Source: an uncultured Gemmatimonadales bacterium (GTDB lineage: Bacteria; Gemmatimonadota; Gemmatimonadetes; Gemmatimonadales; GWC2-71-9). From it: 64,000 nucleotides of DNA. Location of the stretch: NCBI GenBank assembly GCA_963793205.1, contig CAWBZM010000003.1:79840-143839 (forward strand), given 5' to 3'. Below the pieces are notes generated by a model. That model had not been told where the DNA came from, ran no database searches, and worked only from the letters and a program-made list of their open reading frames with translations. Shown here in pieces: positions 9,266 through 17,424 of this stretch (its first letter is position 1; every line of letters begins with the position of its first letter). The position numbers and the translations under genes are program-made.

Positions 9266-9793
9266 ATGACCGGAATGCTTCCGACCACCCTCACTTTCGA
9301 GATGACCGACGACCTTGCAAGCCGGGCGGCGCGGGAACAGTGGCGCGTGGCCAGTCGCCGGCTGTTCGCGCCCGGCGGGCTCATCGTGGTCGCATTGTCC
9401 ACCGCCCTGTTTGTTGCCGCCATCCGAGCCCACGCCTGGGGCTGGGCCGTCGCCGCGGGAATCAGCCCCTTTCTGCTGCTCGTGGTCCTGCTGATCTGGC
9501 TGGCGGGCTTCTGGTGGGTGCCCCGCTCCGTTCGACGGCGGGTCGCGCGCCTGCCTTCCCGTGAGGTGACCGTCAGGTTCGATGCAGCCGGCGTCGGGTT
9601 CTACACCGCACTGGAGCGACTCGATCTGGCATGGAGCGAGGTGATGGCGGTCGACGCGCTGCCCAGCTGCTGGGTATTCCGACTTCGCGCTGGGGCCCAG
9701 ATCCCGGTGCCGCGGAGCGCGATGACCCCCGATCTGCTGGCTGACCTGCGCGCGATCCTCCCACCGGCGGCCTCTCCCGGCGCTGACCTCTGA
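9266..9793 (+). CDS. YcxB-like membrane protein
   Basis: ORF 9041..9793 trimmed to ATG 9266. It has two central TM helices and a YcxB-like C-terminal pattern. Confidence 0.6.
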   Translation: MTGMLPTTLTFEMTDDLASRAAREQWRVASRRLFAPGGLIVVALSTALFVAAIRAHAWGWAVAAGISPFLLLVVLLIWLAGFWWVPRSVRRRVARLPSREVTVRFDAAGVGFYTALERLDLAWSEVMAVDALPSCWVFRLRAGAQIPVPRSAMTPDLLADLRAILPPAASPGADL

Positions 9794-9922
9794 GCGACGT
9801 CCCCTGACGGCCTGCGCACCACCCCGCCCAGACGCGATTCACCCCCGCCGGGAATCCAGAGTTTCCGCACTGCGTACGAGCGGGAGGTCCACCTCAGGCT
9901 CCCCGAAACCGGATGCGTCTCC

Positions 9923-10471
9923 ATGCTCTCTCCCGCCCTGCGGCTCGCCGCACTGCTGCTGGCCGTTCCACTGGCCCTGCCAGCCCAGACCTACAAGCCG
10001 CTGACGCAACTGCCCGGCACGCGCGCCGAAGATGTCGGGACCATCGACAGTCTGGTCACGGCCCTGTATGCCACCATCAGCGGTCCCGTGGGACAGCCGC
10101 GCCAGTGGGACCGGTTCCTCACCCTGTTCCACCCCAACGCCCACATGATTCCGACCCGGTGTGGCGAGACTCGCTGCATCGCCCAGTATATGACGCCACA
10201 GGAGTACCGGACCCGCGCCGATTCGCTGCTGACCACGCTGGGCTTCCGGGAACTGGAACTGGCGCGTCGCACCGACCGCTTCGGTGCCATCGCCCAGGCC
10301 TATAGCTCCTACGCCAGCTTCCGCCATGCGGAGACCGCGCCCTTCTCGCGCGGCATCAATGCGATCCAACTCTTCTGGGATGGGACGCGCTGGTGGATCC
10401 TGAGCATCGCCTGGGATGATGAGCGTCCCAACAATCCCCTGCCGGGTGACCTCGACGGGGCGAGCCACTAG
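9923..10471 (+). CDS. secreted NTF2/SnoaL-like protein (paralog of 18994..19533)
   Basis: Signal peptide is LAALLLAVPLALPAQT. The block ALYATISGPVGQPRQWDRF ... SRGINAIQLFWDGTRWWILSIAWDDERPNNPLP is shared with the second copy. Confidence 0.8.
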   Translation: MLSPALRLAALLLAVPLALPAQTYKPLTQLPGTRAEDVGTIDSLVTALYATISGPVGQPRQWDRFLTLFHPNAHMIPTRCGETRCIAQYMTPQEYRTRADSLLTTLGFRELELARRTDRFGAIAQAYSSYASFRHAETAPFSRGINAIQLFWDGTRWWILSIAWDDERPNNPLPGDLDGASH

Positions 10472-10568
10472 CCGACCCGTAGCCGCGCTGGCGCGGCGGA
10501 ACCCCGTGACGTATCGTCCCACAGGGAGTTCGGGCCGGTGCAGCGGACGACAGAGGGAGCTACCCAGG

Positions 10569-11147
10569 ATGGCTACGCAGGCCGACGTGCGTCGCATCGC
10601 ACTTTCGTTTCCCGAGGCGGCGGAATCAGAGGGGTACTTCTCCTTTACGGTCGCCAACAAGGGCAAGCCGAAAGGATTCGTCTGGGTCTGGCTGGAACGG
10701 ATTGATCCCAAAAAGGCGCGGATCCCGCAACCGAAAGTCATCGGAGTGCGGGTTGCGAGCCTGGACGACAAGGAATTTCTCCTCGGGATGGACCCGGAGA
10801 AATTCTTCACCGAGCCCCATTACAACGGGTACCCCGCCATCCTGGTCCGGCTGCCCGCCATCACCGTTCGCGAACTCCGCCCGCTGCTGCAGGAAGCGTG
10901 GCGGTGTGTGGCCCCGAAACAGCTCGAGATTGGCGACCCCGCCGCGCGCCGCACGCAACCAGCGGTAAAACCCTCCACCAGGAAACCCACCATGCGCAAA
11001 TCCAAATCGAGCAAGAGCGCACCTCAGGCCGGCAAGGCCAAGGCGGGCCTCAAGGACCTGGCCCCTGGCAAAGGTCGGCAGGGGACCGGAGCCATCAAGG
11101 GCGGCCGGAGGACGACGGTGAAAGACGCCCACGACAAGTACGCCTGA
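10569..11147 (+). CDS. MmcQ/YjbR family DNA-binding protein with Lys-rich C-terminal tail
   Basis: ORF 10416 trimmed to ATG 10569 (MATQADVRRIALSFPEA...). HYNGYPAILVRL is typical of YjbR. It carries a 51-aa basic tail. Confidence 0.75.
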   Translation: MATQADVRRIALSFPEAAESEGYFSFTVANKGKPKGFVWVWLERIDPKKARIPQPKVIGVRVASLDDKEFLLGMDPEKFFTEPHYNGYPAILVRLPAITVRELRPLLQEAWRCVAPKQLEIGDPAARRTQPAVKPSTRKPTMRKSKSSKSAPQAGKAKAGLKDLAPGKGRQGTGAIKGGRRTTVKDAHDKYA

Positions 11148-11248
11148 CCCGGTGCGGCACCCGCCCCGCCCGGCACCTCAGGGTGCCGAGGCGAGCACCT
11201 TGGTGTAAGGCGTCTTCCCGAATCACTTCATCCCTGAGGCCTTGGCCC

Positions 11249-11659
11249 ATGTCACTCCATGACTGGCCGCCGATCATCGGCGCCGCGGTCGCCGCGTGGC
11301 TGTTTGGAGCGCTGTGGTATTCCCCGCTGCTCTTCGCCAAAGTCTGGGTCCGGGCCCACGGATACACCCCGGAGAAACTGCAGGCCATGCAGGCCAATGC
11401 CGGCAAGGCCTACGCAGGCTCGTTCCTGGCGTTCCTGGTCATCGCCTCCGTCCTGCACATCTTCCTCAGTCACCTCGGTGCCACCTCGCTGGGCACCGGT
11501 GCCAGCTGGGGTTTTCATGCCTGGCTCGGGTTCGCCCTCCCCATCGGGTTCACCGCGAACCTCTACTCGGACAAACCCATCTCCACCTTTGCGATCGATG
11601 CCGGATACCAGCTGGTCTACCTTACACTGATGGGTGCAATCCTCGGTCGGTGGGGGTGA
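11249..11659 (+). CDS. DUF1761 membrane protein
   Basis: ATG 11249. IIGAAVAAWLFGALWYSPLLFAKVW is the signature start of the DUF1761 family. Confidence 0.8.
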   Translation: MSLHDWPPIIGAAVAAWLFGALWYSPLLFAKVWVRAHGYTPEKLQAMQANAGKAYAGSFLAFLVIASVLHIFLSHLGATSLGTGASWGFHAWLGFALPIGFTANLYSDKPISTFAIDAGYQLVYLTLMGAILGRWG

Positions 11660-11783
11660 GTCAGGTAGTGGCGTGGCGGTGAGATTCATCGGTTTCAGCC
11701 CAGTCTGGCGCGGGCAACGGAGGCCTGATATCCTGAACGTGCACGGCTTCGCACATCCCTTCCCTCCCGTCCCGGCGCACGCT

Positions 11784-12173
11784 GTGTCCGCACGCCGCGC
11801 CCACAGATACCTGACGCCGCTGCTGCTCGGGCTCATGGTCTCCTGCGCCACGGAGCAGTCCCAGATCGACGACTGCTTCGTAAACCTGGTGACGATCGTA
11901 CCCAATACCGTTACCGGGGAGATGGGCGACACGGTGCGTGCGACCGTTGCGCTGACCGGGCCGCCCGAATGCATGCCACCCGGGCTGTTTGGGAGCAATC
12001 AGTTGCGTTGGCGCATTGAGGACACCCTGGTCGCAACCGTCGATGCGGTGAAAGGGATTGTGGTTGCCCGGGGCGACGGCAGCACCACGCTGCAGGCCTA
12101 CCTTCCGAGCAGCCAGGACGGGTTGGGCCAGGTTCCCGTCGTGATCGGGCCCGTCATTCCGATTCAACCATAA
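11784..12173 (+). CDS. lipoprotein with bacterial Ig-like (Big_2-like) domain
   Basis: GTG 11784 gives VSARRAHRYLTPLLLGLMVSC (lipobox-like). It is followed by a TVTGEMGDTVRATV ... VVARGDGSTTLQA Ig-like pattern. The start is uncertain. Confidence 0.6.
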   Translation: MSARRAHRYLTPLLLGLMVSCATEQSQIDDCFVNLVTIVPNTVTGEMGDTVRATVALTGPPECMPPGLFGSNQLRWRIEDTLVATVDAVKGIVVARGDGSTTLQAYLPSSQDGLGQVPVVIGPVIPIQP

Positions 12174-12183
12174 TCCTTCTCCG

Positions 12184-12726
12184 ATGCCCTTCGACATTGC
12201 GCCCGCACTCGAGCTGCTCGGCCGAACGCCGGGGACGCTTGCGGCACTCCTCCGTGGACTGGATGCCTCCTGGACCTCGGCGCGGGAAGCGCCGGACAGC
12301 TTCAGTCCCTTCGACGTGGTCGGGCACCTGATCGACGGAGAAGAAACCGACTGGGTCCCCCGCGCCGCCCTGATCCTCGCGGGGAACCCCGACGCCGAGT
12401 TTGCCCCCTACGACCGGTTTCGCCACCGGACCCGCAACGCAGGGCGCTCCCTCGATGAGTTGCTGACCGAGTTTGCCGACCTGCGCGCTGCGAATCTTGC
12501 CCGCGTCCGCACCTGGAAACTCAGCCCGGAGCAGCTGGCGCTGCGGGCCCGGCACCCTTCGTTCGGCGTGGTGTCACTGCAGCAGCTCCTCGCCACCTGG
12601 GTGGCGCACGATCTCGGGCACCTCGCCCAGATCAGCCGAGTAATGGCCAAGCAGTATCGGGACGACGTGGGACCGTGGGCGGCATTCCTCCCGGTTCTGA
12701 CCGACCGATCCAGCACCCCCACCTGA
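12184..12726 (+). CDS. DinB family protein
   Basis: Four-helix DinB pattern with FDVVGHLIDGEE ... WVAHDLGHLAQI His motifs. Confidence 0.8.
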   Translation: MPFDIAPALELLGRTPGTLAALLRGLDASWTSAREAPDSFSPFDVVGHLIDGEETDWVPRAALILAGNPDAEFAPYDRFRHRTRNAGRSLDELLTEFADLRAANLARVRTWKLSPEQLALRARHPSFGVVSLQQLLATWVAHDLGHLAQISRVMAKQYRDDVGPWAAFLPVLTDRSSTPT

Positions 12727-12733
12727 CCCAGTC

Positions 12734-13228
12734 GTGCCGCCCCTGATGCCCCGACCCTCCCGAGGCTGGATCGATCTCGCGATGCGCCGACATGTGCTCT
12801 TGTACGGTTTGCTCTGTGGCGTCCTGATCGCGGTTCTCAAGATCATCGAGTATCGCTGGCTGGTGGTCGAACACTCCCTGGAGATTTATGGCGGGCTGGT
12901 GGCGGCCGTCTTCGCCGCGCTCGGGATCTGGCTCGGTCTCAAGCTGACGCGAACGAAGGAGACGGTCGTGGTCCGCGAGGTCCTGGTACCTGCCCCAGTC
13001 GATTTCACCCGGGATCAGGCAAAAGTGGAGTCCCTCGGCCTTACCCCGCGCGAGTTGACGATCCTGGAACTCATCGCCGCCGGCCTGAGCAACCGGGAAA
13101 TCGCCGAGCGGGAGCATGTCAGCGAGAATACCGTGAAGACCCATTCCAGCCGGATCTTCGCAAAACTGGGCGCGCGCCGCCGGACCCAGGCGGTACAGCT
13201 CGGCAAAGACCTCCGCCTGATCCCCTGA
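12734..13228 (+). CDS. LuxR-family transcription regulator with two N-terminal TM helices
   Basis: The C-terminal LTPRELTILELIAAGLSNREIAEREHVSENTVKTHSSRIFAKLG is a LuxR/GerE HTH. An alternative start is ATG 12782. Confidence 0.85.
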   Translation: MPPLMPRPSRGWIDLAMRRHVLLYGLLCGVLIAVLKIIEYRWLVVEHSLEIYGGLVAAVFAALGIWLGLKLTRTKETVVVREVLVPAPVDFTRDQAKVESLGLTPRELTILELIAAGLSNREIAEREHVSENTVKTHSSRIFAKLGARRRTQAVQLGKDLRLIP

Positions 13229-13375
13229 GCGACCGAACCCGGCCTGGTCTGGAGCTCCGAATCAGCAACTTTCAGGTGATTTCCCGCCGATTCCGCCACA
13301 ATCATTCGTTTGGGTGACGCGCTGGACCTCATGCCGCGCTAAGATCGGCCGTCCCTCAACCCCTTCGGAGTGGCT

Positions 13376-13915
13376 ATGCGAAAGATTGTCCTGACCTTCG
13401 GCCTCATCGCCGGTGCGGTGATGTCCGCGATGATGCTCCTGACCATGGCCGTCTCGGAACAGATCCGGCTCGATCACGGGGAGGTCATCGGCTACGCCAC
13501 GATGGTGCTCGCCTTTCTCATGGTCTTTTTCGGGGTGCGGACCTATCGCGACCAGGTGGCCGGTGGCCGGGTGACCTTCGGTCGGGCGTTCAAGGTGGGT
13601 CTGTTCATCACCCTCATCGCCACTGTCTGCTACGTCGCCACCTGGGAACTGGTGTACTACCAGTTCATGCCGGACTTCGGAAAGAAATACGCCGCCCATA
13701 TGCTGGAACGGGCGCGGGAGTCGGGCGCGACCGAGGCCGAGATGGCCGCGAAGACTCGACAGATGGAGCACTTTCAGGAGATCTATCGCAACCCGCTGAT
13801 CAACATCGCGTTCACCTTCCTCGAGCCGCTCCCGGTCGGGCTGCTCTTTGCCCTGGTCACGGCCGGGGTGCTCAGTCGCCGGCGGACCGAAGGGCTGGCG
13901 GCCACGCCGGGGTGA
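13376..13915 (+). CDS. DUF4199 membrane protein
   Basis: ATG 13376 follows a GGAG. It has four TM helices. The MRKIVLTFGLIAG ... YQFMPDFGKKYA pattern is typical of DUF4199. Confidence 0.75.
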   Translation: MRKIVLTFGLIAGAVMSAMMLLTMAVSEQIRLDHGEVIGYATMVLAFLMVFFGVRTYRDQVAGGRVTFGRAFKVGLFITLIATVCYVATWELVYYQFMPDFGKKYAAHMLERARESGATEAEMAAKTRQMEHFQEIYRNPLINIAFTFLEPLPVGLLFALVTAGVLSRRRTEGLAATPG

Positions 13916-14002
13916 GGCGGGCCGCTGGCGGCCCATGGTGCGGTTGGGTATGCTGCGCTGTGGGCCTCCTCGTCCGCCTCTCACCTTCTTCCGCTGGATC
14001 TC

Positions 14003-14548
14003 ATGTCACTCGCACTCGCTGACCATCTGTCCGACCCGGGTATCGACAAGTGGGTGGCCGAGCTCGGGTGTGTGAGCGCTCCAGTGCCTCGCGCCAACAT
14101 CCGCACCGCGCTGGCCTTCTTTGCCTCGGCCATGCCGCGGCTGTCCATCGCCGATGCCGTGGCGTTCATCGCCGCCATGGATCTGTCCAAACCGGTGCAG
14201 GAGGTGATGCTTCGGCCCGGCGAGCGGCTGATCGGGTTCCGCACCGGGTGGGAATCACCGTTCAAACTCTTCTTTGCCCGGCGCGGCGCGTCGCCGCACG
14301 CCTCCGGCATCAACGCGGCCGCCCGCGGCCCGGTGCACTTCGTGGTGCGGGCACCGGTCCGGGCACTGGAGTCGAGTACCACGGGCACCAAGGACACCTG
14401 GACCGCCATGGCCCCCGGGCAGCGGGTCGGCATGGCGCCACGGGCACAGAAATGGTTTGGGAAGGAGTTTGGCGTGATGGTACTGGGGGGCGGGGGCCAG
14501 CTGATCATTCCGGAGTCCTACAGCAACCTCCTGGTCGAAGCGCGGTAG
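14003..14548 (+). CDS. hypothetical protein; possible TNT/ADP-ribosyltransferase-like domain
   Basis: Motifs PGERLIGFRTG, ALESSTTG and KWFGKEFGVMVLGGGGQLIIPE recall the RxG / S-T / WFG..GGGxQ motifs of TNT (DUF4237)-type NAD-utilising toxin domains. This is from memory and not searched. Confidence 0.6.
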   Translation: MSLALADHLSDPGIDKWVAELGCVSAPVPRANIRTALAFFASAMPRLSIADAVAFIAAMDLSKPVQEVMLRPGERLIGFRTGWESPFKLFFARRGASPHASGINAAARGPVHFVVRAPVRALESSTTGTKDTWTAMAPGQRVGMAPRAQKWFGKEFGVMVLGGGGQLIIPESYSNLLVEAR

Positions 14549-15411
14549 GGGGCCGGCCGCAGCCGGCGCGCCTCGCGCGGCGTGCAGCCGTACTCAGCAC
14601 GGAACGCGTCGCTGAAATGGCTGTGGGAGGCGAATCCCACATCGAGGGCGATCCCCGAGACCATCTCCCCCGCATCGAGCAACCGTTCGAACCCTTCCCG
14701 CAGCCGCAGGCGTACCACCGCACCGTAGAGCGTCAGTCCGGTGGCCCGACGAAAGAGGCGACTGAGGTGAAAGGGAGAGCAACCGACCTCCCTCGCGATC
14801 CCCTCCACACTGAGGGGGCGGAGATAATCGCGGGCGATGATATCCCGCGCCGCATGCACCCGCCGACGACTCGCGGGCGCGAGATCGTTGCCGGTGACCG
14901 GCTCCGGTTCACTGGAAAGGCGCTGCAGGAGGTCGAGGGCCGGCTCTTCGATGGCCATCGAATCCGCGGGGCCGTTCGGCCCGCGAGCTGCCGCCAGTGC
15001 CCGTCGGTGTAACAGGTATCCCGGGCCATCAAGCGGGCTGGTGCGCCGGCCAAAGGTGCCGCGCGCCGCGCTGGCGGGTGCGCGCGTCGCCTCGTGCAGT
15101 AACTGGGTGCCGGCCGGTGTCAGGCGAAACAGGGTGCACTGGTCGCCTCCACCGACTGGGTGGCGTACCCGATACGGCGCCCCACGGTTCCAGAAGGTGG
15201 CCGTCATCGGGTCGGCCCGGCGCGGTTCCCCCGCGATCTCCAGTTCCCAGACCCCGCGCCGCGTCACCACCATCCGGTCATCCTCGCACCACTCTTCACC
15301 GGCCCCGGGGGTATCGTGGCCGGCACAACGCCAGTCATCCATAGACAGAAGCGCCCCGCGATAGAGCGGGGTCAGCCGAGAGCAGGATTCCGGAAGCGCA
15401 GGCGCTGACAT
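14518..15411 (-). CDS. AraC family transcription regulator
   Basis: ORF trimmed to ATG 15411 (MSAPALPES). The C-terminal IAREVGCSPFHLSRLFRRATGLTLY ... GFASHSHFSDAFRAEYG is the double AraC HTH. The 3' end overlaps 14003..14548 by 31 bp. Confidence 0.85.
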   Translation of the reverse strand: MSAPALPESCSRLTPLYRGALLSMDDWRCAGHDTPGAGEEWCEDDRMVVTRRGVWELEIAGEPRRADPMTATFWNRGAPYRVRHPVGGGDQCTLFRLTPAGTQLLHEATRAPASAARGTFGRRTSPLDGPGYLLHRRALAAARGPNGPADSMAIEEPALDLLQRLSSEPEPVTGNDLAPASRRRVHAARDIIARDYLRPLSVEGIAREVGCSPFHLSRLFRRATGLTLYGAVVRLRLREGFERLLDAGEMVSGIALDVGFASHSHFSDAFRAEYGCTPREARRLRPAPYRASTRRLL

Positions 15412-15445
15412 GGCTCCAATATACCGGTTCCACTCACCATAGAGG

Positions 15446-15925
15446 ATGTGCATGCGTGCCTTCGGTGTTACCCTGGCGGTCCTGCTGTGCCTGACAGCGA
15501 CCACCCTCGTCGCCCAGCATTTCGGACCCGAACCGGACGCCGCCACACGGCGGGAGATCCTCGCGACCCGTGAGGCGGCATGGCGGGCGTGGTTCACCAA
15601 CGATCGAGCGGCGTTTCAGCAGGTGGTCCCTGACGAACTGATCGCGCTGGGGTGGGGCGGCGGAACGTGGGACGACGCCACCGCCACCCAGACCCGGATG
15701 GCGGAGTTCGCGGCCAGCGGTCAGACCATCCAATCGCTGGAATTTCCCAGGAATGTCTTCCAGAAATACGACGATGTCATCATTCTCTATACGACCTTCC
15801 GCCTGGTACTGACGGACCGGGCCGGTCAGGCGACGGAAACAACCGGTCGAGGGACGGAGGTCTTCGTGCACCGTCACGGCCGCTGGATCCACACCGCCTG
15901 GCATCTCGATACCGTCGGCGACTGA
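15446..15925 (+). CDS. secreted SnoaL-like/DUF4440 (NTF2 fold) protein
   Basis: Signal peptide is FGVTLAVLLCLTATTLVAQ. The tail VFVHRHGRWIHTAWHLD is typical of DUF4440. An alternative start is ATG 15452. Confidence 0.75.
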   Translation: MCMRAFGVTLAVLLCLTATTLVAQHFGPEPDAATRREILATREAAWRAWFTNDRAAFQQVVPDELIALGWGGGTWDDATATQTRMAEFAASGQTIQSLEFPRNVFQKYDDVIILYTTFRLVLTDRAGQATETTGRGTEVFVHRHGRWIHTAWHLDTVGD

Positions 15926-16065
15926 ACGCGATGCCGACCCAACGTACGGAGAAACGAACGATGCGCCGACCCATCGTCACCGGCCGACGCGGAGGCCTGT
16001 TGCATACTGGAACCACACCGGGACTCGGCGCGTAGGGAGACTCACCTCTCTCCGCCGAGTGCCCC

Positions 16066-16491
16066 ATGGCAATCCGAACCTGGTCCTTCACCAAACTGTG
16101 GGCGATGTCCTTCGTGATCTGGCTGCTGGCGACCGTCCTGTTTCGGGCCGTCAACTACGCGGATGCCGATGGTCTCCAGCTCTTTGTACTGGCCTTTGCG
16201 CTTTCGCCCGCCTTTCTGGCCGGGGCGTGGGCCGGGTCGCACCCGGAGATCGCAGGGTGGCCCACCTTCCGGATCGGGGCCATGTGGGGATTGGCTGGCG
16301 CGGTCTGCCTGATCATCAGCGATACGATTCACTGGTGGCGGCTGCCTATCGGACTCATCGCTGCGCCACTGATCATGGTGACGTTGCGGTGGTACGAGTT
16401 GACCCATCCCACCCGGAAGGCGCTGCCGCCGGCACCGGATCACTCAAGCGTCGGGCCGCACACCCCAACCGGCACACCGCTGGCGGGGTAG
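16066..16491 (+). CDS. membrane protein, hypothetical
   Basis: Four predicted TM helices. No known domain. Confidence 0.6.
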   Translation: MAIRTWSFTKLWAMSFVIWLLATVLFRAVNYADADGLQLFVLAFALSPAFLAGAWAGSHPEIAGWPTFRIGAMWGLAGAVCLIISDTIHWWRLPIGLIAAPLIMVTLRWYELTHPTRKALPPAPDHSSVGPHTPTGTPLAG

Positions 16492-16528
16492 CCCCGCCCC
16501 GTTCGCCACCTCTCACCCCGATGCGCCT

Positions 16529-17404
16529 GTGACCGCACACTCCGGTATCGAGAATATCGCCGACACGGCGCGCTGGGTCGCACTCTATCGTGCCGCCGAA
16601 TCCGAGCGGCCGGATGCCCTGTTCCGGGATGTGCATGCCCGCCGACTGGCCGGAGCCAGGGGAGCGCAAATCCTGGCGACCCTGCCCCGGCCGATGCGCA
16701 ACGCGGCCTGGTCGGTCACGGCCCGCACGGTGCTGTTTGACCGGCTGATCCTGCAGCAGATGGCGGAGGGTGTCACGCTGGTCGTGAACCTGGCGGCAGG
16801 GCTGGACACTCGGCCCTATCGCCTGGCCTTCCCCGCCGGGGTCACCTGGGTCGAAGTGGATCAGGCGGCGCTGCTCGAGGAGAAAACCGCTCTCCTGACC
16901 GATGCGGAGCCCCAGTGCCGGCTGGAGCGGATTCCGGTGGACCTGGCGCAGGATGGGCCGCGCCGCGCCCTGTTCCAGCAGCTGGGCCAGCGGGCCGAGC
17001 GGACGCTCATCCTGACGGAAGGGCTGGTGATGTATCTCCCCGTCTCGACCGTCGCGGCACTGGCGGATGACCTGGCGGCGATCCCAACCGTGCAGTCGTG
17101 GATCACCGATCTCATCTCACCTGGGCTGCTGCGGATGATCGACAAGAGTTGGGGCGCGGCCCTCCGGAGCGGCGGCGCGGCCATGCACTTTGCCCCGCCT
17201 GAAGGCGCCGCCTTTTTTGCGCCCCATGGCTGGCGGACAGCGGAGACGCACGCCACCTTCACAGCCGCCCGTCAGCTGCGCCGCCTCCCCTGGCTGCTGC
17301 ACCTCTTCTCCTTCCTGCCGGGCAGCGACCGCTACCACCCGGACCGCCCCTGGTCCGGGGTCGTCCTGCTGCAGCCCGATCGGCAGCCTGGCGGAGTCGA
17401 CTGA
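16529..17404 (+). CDS. class I SAM-dependent methyltransferase (LCMT / TIGR00027-like O-methyltransferase)
   Basis: GTG start. ADTARWVALYRAAESERPDALFRD ... VVNLAAGLDTRPYRL is the signature of this family. Confidence 0.85.
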   Translation: MTAHSGIENIADTARWVALYRAAESERPDALFRDVHARRLAGARGAQILATLPRPMRNAAWSVTARTVLFDRLILQQMAEGVTLVVNLAAGLDTRPYRLAFPAGVTWVEVDQAALLEEKTALLTDAEPQCRLERIPVDLAQDGPRRALFQQLGQRAERTLILTEGLVMYLPVSTVAALADDLAAIPTVQSWITDLISPGLLRMIDKSWGAALRSGGAAMHFAPPEGAAFFAPHGWRTAETHATFTAARQLRRLPWLLHLFSFLPGSDRYHPDRPWSGVVLLQPDRQPGGVD

Positions 17405-17424
17405 GCGACCCCGAAAGTGGCGCC

